Source: Anaerolineae bacterium (GTDB lineage Bacteria > Chloroflexota > Anaerolineae > S140-20). Taken from it: DNA of 15,171 nt. The DNA is taken from assembly GCA_027021705.1 (NCBI GenBank), contig JALUTT010000033.1, forward strand, positions 1-15,171. The letters are read 5' to 3'. Shown here one piece after another: positions 8,518 to 15,009 of the stretch. Numbering within the stretch: the stretch's first letter is position 1; each line of letters starts with the position of its first letter. The notes below the pieces were generated by a model that saw only the letters and a program-made list of their open reading frames with translations, made no database searches and was not told the DNA's origin. A program made the position numbers and the translations under genes.

Positions 8518-8806
8518 AGTCCTCCAGGTCCATCTCCCGCATCCGTTCGATCTCGGCCAAGAGCTGGTCGAGTTCCCCAGGCTCGAACTGAAGCGGCCCT
8601 ACCCGATCAAGGGCCTGAAGGATCGCCTCGGCCGATCCCCGCTCCGGCTTTCGCCGACGCTGTTGGTGCTGCAGGTAGTCGGCAAAGTCTACCACCGCGC
8701 TCAGCTTCTCCTCGGGCAGGGTTCGCGCCGTCTCCAGCAGCCGGTCCAGTAGGCGCTCCTTCACCGTTTCCTTCACCGCTGCCTCTCGGGTCTGTTCTAC
8801 AGCCAT
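8498..8806 (-). CDS. Putative cognate antitoxin (DUF2281-like N-terminal segment)
   Basis: 102 aa from ATG 8806 with SD GGAGGGTGA. Contains LLETARTLPEEKLSAVVDFADYL and an acidic C-terminus. Directly upstream of and overlapping the PIN gene. Confidence 0.75.
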   Translation of the reverse strand: MAVEQTREAAVKETVKERLLDRLLETARTLPEEKLSAVVDFADYLQHQQRRRKPERGSAEAILQALDRVGPLQFEPGELDQLLAEIERMREMDLEDYDRLSA

Positions 8807-8852
8807 TGGCTCACCCTCCTCTCCCATCGTCGCTAGATCCACCGATGCCCTG

Positions 8853-8881
8853 ATTGTACCCCAGAACCCCATCCCCAGCAA
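8853..8881 (-). promoter_or_regulatory. sigma70-type promoter for the TA operon
   Basis: TTGCTG (8881-8876), 17 nt, TACAAT (8858-8853). Confidence 0.65.
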
Positions 8882-8890
8882 GACGCTATG

Positions 8891-8919
8891 CTGGCGTGCC
8901 CGGCCCTTTGTGGTACAAT
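8891..8919 (+). promoter_or_regulatory. Extended -10 promoter for the glycosyltransferase-transporter unit
   Basis: CTGGCG (8891-8896), 17 nt, TACAAT (8914-8919), preceded by TGTGG. Confidence 0.6.
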
Positions 8920-8930
8920 TTCTACGTCAT

Positions 8931-9079
8931 CAAACGACCAACTGACCAAGGGGCAAGGGGCAAAGCACAAGGGGCAAGGGGCAAGGGGCAAGGGACAAGG
9001 ACTGAGGACTCAGGACCAAGGACTACCCGACCACCCGACCCAATGACCATCCGACCAAGCACCCATCCGACCAAACGAC
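8931..9079 (+). repeat. Nested short tandem repeats: 11 x 7-mer (CAAGGGG drifting to CAAGGAC) inside a degenerate 8-mer (CAnnnGAC) array
   Basis: 7-mers run contiguously from 8947 to 9023. 8-mers occur at 8931 and 8939, then 9024, 9032, 9040, 9048, 9064 and 9072. Confidence 0.9.
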
Positions 9080-11127
9080 GACCCAGCCGAACGATCATCC
9101 TGCTGCTGATCCTCCTGCTGGCCGCGCTGCTCCGCTTCTACCGGCTGGACGCCCAATCCTTCTGGAACGACGAGGGGAACTCGGCCCGGCTGGCCGAGCG
9201 GAGCGTCGCCCTCATCCTGAAAGGCGCGGCCGGCGACATCCACCCGCCGGGCTACTACCTGGCCCTCCACGCCTGGCGGGCGGTTTTGGGGGAGAGCGAA
9301 TTCGCCTTGCGCAGCCTCTCCGCCCTCTGTGGGCTGTCCATCGTCGTCCTGGTCTACGCCCTGGGCCGTGCTCTCTTCGACGCCCCCGTGGGCCTGGTCG
9401 CCGCCTTCCTGGCCGCCGTCAACCCCTTCCAGGTCTACTACAGCCAGGAGGCGCGGATGTACGCCTTGCTGGCCCTAGAAGCCGTTGCGGCCACAGGGCT
9501 GCTGGTGGCCGGCTTGCGGGGCCGGCGTGGGGCATTGGGAGGGTACGCCTTGGTCGCTGCCGCCGGCCTCTACACCCACTACGCCTTCCCCTTTGTCCTG
9601 CTGGCCCACAACCTCCTCGTCCTGCTCTGGCTGGCCGGGGAAGCGCGATGGCACCTGGGGCTGGTACGAGAAACGCCTGTCTCCCTCCTCGCCCGCTGGT
9701 TGGTGGTCCAGGCCCTGGTCCTGCTCCTCTACCTCCCTTGGCTGCCTACCGCCTGGCGTCAGGTGACCGGCTGGCCCGTGCCCCGGGAGACTCCGGCCCT
9801 GCTGTCCGCCCTGGTGGAGGTCCTCCGATTGCTCACCCTGGGGCGGACCATCCCGACATCGGCGGCGATGGGTGGTTTGGCCGCCTTCGCCTTCCTCATC
9901 CTCCTTAGCGCGTTGCCGGAGCCGGAGGCGGCGGATGGGGCAGCGCCCTCCCCCCTCCCCCCAGCGGAAGGGGAGATGCTGACCCTGGCCCAAGTGGAAG
10001 CGACGGAACGGGCGATGGCCCTGGCCCGTCGGCGCTACACCTTGCGCTGGGCCGTCCCCCTGCTGCTGATCCTGGTCCCCGTCGGACTCATCCTGGGCCT
10101 AGGGCTCTACCGAGAAGCCTACCAGAAGTTCCTGCTGGTCGCCAGCCCCTTCGTCGGCCTGCTGGCCGGCCGGGGCCTTGTGGGCGGCTGGCGGCTGGCC
10201 AGCGGCGCCTGGGTGCTGCGGGAAGGGGGACCAACAATGGCCGCCTGGCGGGCCCCCCTGCTCCTGCTGGTCGCCTTTCTCCTCTTCGACACGGGCCGCT
10301 CTTTGCACAACCTCTACTTCAACCCAGCCTACGCCCGCGCCGACTACCGGGCCATCGCCCGCCAGATCGAGGCCCAGGCCCGTCCCGGCGACGCCATCCT
10401 GCTCAACGCGCCCAACCAGTGGGAGGTCTTCACCTACTACCACCGGCAAGGCGCGCCCGTCTACCCGCTGCCGCGCAACCGGCCCCTCATCCCGGAACGC
10501 ACCGAAGCCGAGCTGGAGGCGATCCTGCAGCAACACCGCCGGCTCTTCGTCCTCTACTGGGGCGATGTCGAGGCCGACCCAGAGCGGTTCATCGAGAGTT
10601 GGCTGGAGGCCCATACCTACAAGGCCGGGGAGCGGTGGGTGGGCGACGTCCGGTTGGCCGTCTACGCCGTTCCGCTGGCCGTCGCCAACACACCGACCAC
10701 CCCGTTGAAAGCCCGCTTCGGCGAGGCGATCCACCTGGAGGGCTACACGCTGCTCAACAACCCCCTCCCACCGGGTGACATCCTCCAGCTCGCTCTTTTC
10801 TGGCGGACGAGCGCTCCTCTCGACGAGCGGTACAAGGTCTTCGTCCACCTCTACGATGCCAACGGCCGGATCGTGGCCCAGACCGACAGCGAGCCGGGGG
10901 ATGGGCTGATGCCGACAACGACTTGGGAGGTAGGCCAATCCATTGTGGACCGCTACGGCGTGCTGCTGCCCCAGGAGCTGCCGCCGGGGGAGTACCGACT
11001 GGTCATCGGCCTCTACCGGCTGACAGCACCGGAGCAGCGGCTACCCGTCTGGCAAGGGGAAAAGAGGGTCGGGGATGCGTTGGAACTGAACAGGGTTACC
11101 GTGCACCGCCTGGATGCAAGGGAGTGA
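9043..11127 (+). CDS. GT-C fold glycosyltransferase, family 39 / PMT_2 / ArnT-like, with C-terminal beta-sandwich domain
   Basis: TM1 followed by LRFYRLDAQSFWNDE (DE motif), HPPGYY, ALRSLSAL, YYSQEARMY, LYTHY, YLPWLP, many TM segments and a soluble C-terminal part. Start revised to ATG 9043, the first in-frame ATG after the promoter; no clear SD. Confidence 0.88.
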   Translation: MTIRPSTHPTKRRPSRTIILLLILLLAALLRFYRLDAQSFWNDEGNSARLAERSVALILKGAAGDIHPPGYYLALHAWRAVLGESEFALRSLSALCGLSIVVLVYALGRALFDAPVGLVAAFLAAVNPFQVYYSQEARMYALLALEAVAATGLLVAGLRGRRGALGGYALVAAAGLYTHYAFPFVLLAHNLLVLLWLAGEARWHLGLVRETPVSLLARWLVVQALVLLLYLPWLPTAWRQVTGWPVPRETPALLSALVEVLRLLTLGRTIPTSAAMGGLAAFAFLILLSALPEPEAADGAAPSPLPPAEGEMLTLAQVEATERAMALARRRYTLRWAVPLLLILVPVGLILGLGLYREAYQKFLLVASPFVGLLAGRGLVGGWRLASGAWVLREGGPTMAAWRAPLLLLVAFLLFDTGRSLHNLYFNPAYARADYRAIARQIEAQARPGDAILLNAPNQWEVFTYYHRQGAPVYPLPRNRPLIPERTEAELEAILQQHRRLFVLYWGDVEADPERFIESWLEAHTYKAGERWVGDVRLAVYAVPLAVANTPTTPLKARFGEAIHLEGYTLLNNPLPPGDILQLALFWRTSAPLDERYKVFVHLYDANGRIVAQTDSEPGDGLMPTTTWEVGQSIVDRYGVLLPQELPPGEYRLVIGLYRLTAPEQRLPVWQGEKRVGDALELNRVTVHRLDARE

Positions 11128-11140
11128 ATCGGGAGGAAGT

Positions 11141-12961
11141 ATGGGAGTGCGAACGCTTGGGATCCGAACCCTTCTTCGGAGCCCGCAGAGGTGGGGATTG
11201 CTCTTGCTGTTGGCCCTTTTCTGGACGCTGACCGGCTGCCGCTCGACACCCACCTCCGAGGTCAACGAGCCGACCATCGAGAGCGCCCCAGGACCCGAGG
11301 AAACCGATGTCGTGACCTTGGTCATCCTGGGACGGGTAGTCAACACCCAACGCCTGGCCATCGCAGGCGCAGAAGTGCGCATCTACATCGGCGGACGCCA
11401 GCACACGCTGGACACCCCCGACGGTGAGGAGGTAGAGCGAATTCTCACCGGGGAGGACGGCCTCTTCCGTCTGGTGACCCGCCTCCCCCGCCGACAAGCG
11501 GAGGCCATCGCCGCCGGGCAGCAGGCAGTGGCCATCGAGGTCCAGGCCCACGCCTTCCGCACCACCCGCCTGGGGCTGCCGGTCCAACAGCTCACCGAAG
11601 GGGGCGATCACGACTACGCCGACATCGGCACCATCGTCCTGCCTCGCGCCTTCCACCTGGCCTTCTTCATCGCCGTCCTCGTCTTCGCCCTCACCTTCGC
11701 CGCCATCTCCCTGCGCCTCCTCCACGAAACCATGGCGGCTCTGGGTGGTGCCACCATCGTCCTGGCCATCACCCACATGCTGGGTTCCCGCTACCCCGAC
11801 TTCTGGATCCTCGACTTCGAGCGCTCGATCCAGTACATTGACTTCGATGTCATCTTCCTGGTGCTGGCCCTGATGATCTTCGTCGCCATCACCGGGCGGA
11901 CCGGCGTCTTCCAGTGGATGGCCTACAGCGCCTACCGGCTCAGTGGGGGCCGCCCCTGGCTGCTCTCCGTCATCCTCGTCCTGATCACGACGGTCACCTC
12001 CGCCTTCCTCAACAATGTGACCATCATGCTCCTCATCGCGCCGGTGACGGTGCAGATCGCCCTGGCGATGGGGATCAACCCCCTTGCCCTGCTCATCCCC
12101 GAAGTGCTGGCCTCCAACATCGGCGGAACGGCAACCCTCATCGGCGATCCCCCCAACACCCTCATCGGCTCCTACGCCCGCCTGGGCTTCAGCGCCTTCT
12201 TGACCAACTTGGGACCGATCGTGCTGCTCATCGTTCCCATCTTCATCGTCCTGACCTGGCTGATCTACCGACAAGACTATCGGCGGGCCGGAAACGGGCT
12301 CTCGGCTGCGCTGATTGCCCACCTGGAGGAGTCGGCCCGCATCACCGACCCGGCCTTGCTGCGCAAGGCGAGCATAGCAGCCGTGGTGACCCTGGGGCTC
12401 TTCTTCCTGGGAGATCTCTTCCGGATGCCTCCCTCAGTGGCCGCCCTGATCGGAGCCGTAGGGCTGATGGTCTGGACGCGCCCCAGCATCCACGAGATGC
12501 TTCAGGAGGTGGACTGGACCACGCTGCTCTTCTTCATCGCCCTCTTCATCCTGGTGGGTGCGTTGCAGGAGGTCGGGGCGATCCAGGTGGTCGCTGAAGG
12601 GATCGGCAAGATCGCAGGGGACAATTTGGTGCTGGCAGTGCTCTTGATCCTGTGGGTGCCGGCCCTCGGATCGGCCCTGGTGGCCAACATCCCCTTCGCG
12701 GCGGCGATGCTGCCGGTGGCGGCCTACCTAACCCAGACCATCCCCGGCGCGGGGAACAACGTCCTCTACTGGGCTCTGGCCCTGGGCACCTGCCTGGGGG
12801 GCAACGCGACGCTGATCGGGGCGGCGGCCAACATCGTCACGGCCGGCGTGGCGGAACGAGCCGGCTATCCCCTCCCCTTCAAGAAGTTCGCCGAGGTCGG
12901 CGTCCCCATCACCATCGTCACCCTGATCCTCTCCACCGTTTACCTGCTAATCCGCTACTAA
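11141..12961 (+). CDS. ArsB/NhaD (ion transporter superfamily; CitMHS/P-protein-like) permease with N-terminal lipoprotein signal and a soluble beta-rich domain
   Basis: SAFLNNVT, SNIGGTATLIGDPPN, VDWTTLLFFIALF, ANIPF, GGNATLIGAAAN. N-terminal LLLLLALFWTLTGC, then ILGRVVNTQRLAIAGAEVRI...TGEDGLF. Start revised to ATG 11141 (SD GGGAGG). Confidence 0.88.
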   Translation: MGVRTLGIRTLLRSPQRWGLLLLLALFWTLTGCRSTPTSEVNEPTIESAPGPEETDVVTLVILGRVVNTQRLAIAGAEVRIYIGGRQHTLDTPDGEEVERILTGEDGLFRLVTRLPRRQAEAIAAGQQAVAIEVQAHAFRTTRLGLPVQQLTEGGDHDYADIGTIVLPRAFHLAFFIAVLVFALTFAAISLRLLHETMAALGGATIVLAITHMLGSRYPDFWILDFERSIQYIDFDVIFLVLALMIFVAITGRTGVFQWMAYSAYRLSGGRPWLLSVILVLITTVTSAFLNNVTIMLLIAPVTVQIALAMGINPLALLIPEVLASNIGGTATLIGDPPNTLIGSYARLGFSAFLTNLGPIVLLIVPIFIVLTWLIYRQDYRRAGNGLSAALIAHLEESARITDPALLRKASIAAVVTLGLFFLGDLFRMPPSVAALIGAVGLMVWTRPSIHEMLQEVDWTTLLFFIALFILVGALQEVGAIQVVAEGIGKIAGDNLVLAVLLILWVPALGSALVANIPFAAAMLPVAAYLTQTIPGAGNNVLYWALALGTCLGGNATLIGAAANIVTAGVAERAGYPLPFKKFAEVGVPITIVTLILSTVYLLIRY

Positions 12962-12965
12962 TGCC

Positions 12966-13787
12966 TCAAAGGCGAAAGGTCCAATGGGGGTGGGCGTACT
13001 TGTTGGCCCGCAGCTCCTCGGTCCAGGCCCGCTCCTCGTCGGTGAGCTCCCCCGGCTCCAACTCCAGGTGCAGGGCTTGGGCGAAGCCGGCGACGAGGGC
13101 CTGGGCCGCTTCCTCCCAGGTCACCTCCCGGCCCAGCGCTTCAGCCACCGTCGTCGCCCGCTCCCGAATCCGCCGGGGAGAGGGGGCTCCTCGCAGGTAG
13201 CGGGCGATGCGGGCGATGTCCCCCCGCAGAGGGATCGCCCCGTGCTGGAGCACGACGCCGGCAGCCCGCATCTGGGCACTGCCTACCAGCTTGCGCCCCC
13301 CCACGGTGATCTCATAATCGGACGGCACCTGGAAGCAGACGGCTGAGAGGGCCGCCGGGTCGCGATGGGCATAGCGGGCATCGGCCCGCAGGTGGGGCAC
13401 CCCCAGCCGCTCCAACCCGGCCAGCAACCCCTGGCTGAGGCGGCGATAGGAAGCGAGGACGCCCCCCTTCACCCGGGGCTCCCACTGGGGTGCGACAACG
13501 CTGTAGGTCAGCTCATCGGCGTGGAGGATGGCCCGCCCACCCGTGGGCCGGCGCACCAGGTCCACCCCGTCCCGCTCACAGACCTCAACCAAGACCTCGC
13601 TGGCCGGCTGGCCCCGCCCCAACGAGAGGCAAGGAGGACACCATCCATAGCAGCGCAGGGTGGGAGGCACCAGCCCCGCCGCCACCGCCCTCAGGATCGC
13701 CTCGTCCACGGCCATATTGGTCGCCCCATCGGCCTCGCCCGAGAAGAGCAACCGCCATTTGACAAGATAGGGAAGATCGTGTATCAT
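12966..13787 (-). CDS. lipM: Lipoate-protein ligase family, LipM-like octanoyltransferase
   Basis: WRLL..G...NMAVDEA, PTLR.YGW, RRPTGGRAILH, AVCFQVPSDYE (LipM-type Cys motif), GRKLVGSAQ (catalytic Lys), QHGAI. No LplA C-terminal domain. An in-frame TAG upstream fixes the start at 13787. Confidence 0.85.
   Translation of the reverse strand: MIHDLPYLVKWRLLFSGEADGATNMAVDEAILRAVAAGLVPPTLRCYGWCPPCLSLGRGQPASEVLVEVCERDGVDLVRRPTGGRAILHADELTYSVVAPQWEPRVKGGVLASYRRLSQGLLAGLERLGVPHLRADARYAHRDPAALSAVCFQVPSDYEITVGGRKLVGSAQMRAAGVVLQHGAIPLRGDIARIARYLRGAPSPRRIRERATTVAEALGREVTWEEAAQALVAGFAQALHLELEPGELTDEERAWTEELRANKYAHPHWTFRL
13759..13787 (+). promoter_or_regulatory. Near-consensus sigma70 promoter for rpsU, embedded antisense in the first 10 codons of lipM
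   Basis: TTGACA (13759-13764), 17 nt, TATCAT (13782-13787). Confidence 0.75.
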
Positions 13788-13824
13788 TGGTTTTGGAAGA
13801 GAGGAATCCCGCTAGGACCAGGAG

Positions 13825-13943
13825 AGTGGTTCGCCCGTTGGGTCTACAGATGCGGATGGGAAGCTGAGACTCTAGAGCGAGAGATGGAGAGGCACAACCT
13901 GTCCCGCTCCTCGGCTCGACGGGCAAATGACGGGTTTTCCACT
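13825..13943 (+). promoter_or_regulatory. Candidate structured 5' leader of rpsU
   Basis: 12-bp stem at 13833-13844/13913-13924 (with G-U), inner stem at 13852-13860/13898-13907, and alternative pairing with 13929-13943. Confidence 0.4.
13869..13897 (-). promoter_or_regulatory. Candidate promoter for lipM
   Basis: TTGTGC (13897-13892), 17 nt, TAGAGT (13874-13869). Confidence 0.4.
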
Positions 13944-13976
13944 ACGCCAAATCCAACGAAGGGGGGTGAAACATCT

Positions 13977-14189
13977 GTGGCCAGTGTTGAACTGCGGCCT
14001 GGTGAGTCGCAGGAGAGCCTTCTCAAGCGTTTCCGCAAGGCGGTCGCCAAAAGCGGGATCCTGAGCACGGTGCGCAAGAAGCGCTGGTATATGTCCAAGA
14101 GTGAGCAGCGACGACTGGCGAAGAAGAAGGCCATCCGGCGACAGAAACGGCGCATGCGCCGGCTGAGGGAACAAGGGATCGAAGAGTAG
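13977..14189 (+). CDS. rpsU: 30S ribosomal protein bS21
   Basis: 70 aa from GTG 13977 with SD AAGGGGGGTGA. VELRPGESQESLLKRFRKAVAKSGILSTVRKKRWYMSKSEQRRLAKKKAIRR matches the S21 pattern. Confidence 0.93.
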   Translation: MASVELRPGESQESLLKRFRKAVAKSGILSTVRKKRWYMSKSEQRRLAKKKAIRRQKRRMRRLREQGIEE

Positions 14190-14213
14190 GGTTCCCTTCA
14201 CCTCAGGCAGAGT

Positions 14214-14251
14214 AACAAACGCCCGAACCACAAGGTCGGGCGTTTTTGTTT
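14214..14251 (+). terminator. Intrinsic terminator after rpsU, probably bidirectional
   Basis: AAACGCCCGA (14217-14226)/TCGGGCGTTT (14236-14245) stem followed by TTGTTT. The A-rich 5' flank gives a U-tract on the minus strand as well. Confidence 0.85.
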
Positions 14252-14384
14252 CATCTCACCGTGACGACCCCTGCTCAGACGGATGCACCGACCAGGACAG
14301 CCTCACCAGACCGACCTGGACGCCTTTAGACCACCGGCAAGGGCGACTGACCGGCCACCCTCTACCGGTTCTGGCCTGAGCCGC

Positions 14385-14870
14385 TCAGTCCTCGCCCAGA
14401 TCGTCCAGGTCCAGCGTGTCCACGAAGTCCTCGAAGACGGAGAGATCGGCCTCCTCCTCTTCCGCCCCTTCCTCGGGCACAATGCTGGCCTGCTCCATCA
14501 CCGCTTCATCCACAAAGATCGGCGCGTTGACCCGAACGGCCAGGGCAATGGCATCGCTAGGTCGGGAGTCAATCTCCAGCCGCTGACCATTCACGTCCAT
14601 CACGATGCGGGCGTAGAAGGTATCATTGCGCAGGTCATTGACCAGCACGTGGGAGACCCTTCCCCCCATCTCCGTGATCACGGACTTGAGGAGATCGTGG
14701 GTCAACGGACGGGCAACTTCGACCCCTTGGAGCTCGATGGTGATGGCATCCGCCTCACAGGGGCCAATCCAGATGGGTAGATAGCGTTCGCTATCCACAT
14801 CCTTGAGAATGACCACCCGATGTTGAGACATCAGGCTCACGCGAATGCTGTCAATCGTTACCTCGACCAT
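14385..14870 (-). CDS. Bifunctional nuclease family protein (DUF151/BFN)
   Basis: [60 protein letters not shown]. Start is ATG 14870 or TTG 14876. Confidence 0.93.
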   Translation of the reverse strand: MVEVTIDSIRVSLMSQHRVVILKDVDSERYLPIWIGPCEADAITIELQGVEVARPLTHDLLKSVITEMGGRVSHVLVNDLRNDTFYARIVMDVNGQRLEIDSRPSDAIALAVRVNAPIFVDEAVMEQASIVPEEGAEEEEADLSVFEDFVDTLDLDDLGED

Positions 14871-15009
14871 CCCCAACCTCGTCCTTCCTCCCGGATAGGG
14901 TTAGCGGATCTCTCAGCGCCCCTCCTCCCAGGACCGAGAACGGTGCCCAAGGATGGATTCAGGAGAGCGCAATCCGCCGGGCGCTTCCGGCACCCTTAAC
15001 GCTTTTCAA

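Noticed and set aside
2307..8806. Defence island interpretation (Uma2 nuclease + methyltransferase + PIN toxin)
   Set aside because: The methyltransferase is a small-molecule class I type without DNA-MTase motifs (no DPPY/NPPY/PC). The genes are scattered among housekeeping genes and no mobility genes are present.
8854..9042. N-terminal extension of the glycosyltransferase (QGARGKAQGARGKGQG...)
   Set aside because: It is the translation of promoter and tandem-repeat DNA, and the TTG start at 8854 lies upstream of the predicted promoter.
13365..13976. 274-aa ORF suggesting an N-terminally extended S21 fusion
   Set aside because: The extension is antisense to lipM and spans the rpsU promoter and leader. 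A strong SD precedes GTG 13977, giving a normal 70-aa S21.
13794..13976. T-box, 6S, SRP or tRNA in the rpsU leader
   Set aside because: No T-box UGGNACC antiterminator, no SRP GGAA/AGCAG loop, no cloverleaf or TTCGA arm, and no terminator before rpsU.
435..14780. Numerous long antisense or alternate-frame ORFs (e.g. 3789-4751, 6077-6853, 7233-8039, 10099-10938, 11096-12322, 14283-14780)
   Set aside because: These are shadow ORFs expected opposite real genes in high-GC DNA. They show no motifs and fully overlap well-supported CDSs.
14890..15000. TPP riboswitch call for the DUF151 leader
   Set aside because: GGGUGC..GCUGAGA..ACCC is present but the GAACCUGAUC..UAAU..GCGNAGGGA half is missing, and the downstream gene is unrelated to thiamine. 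Kept only as an unknown structured leader.
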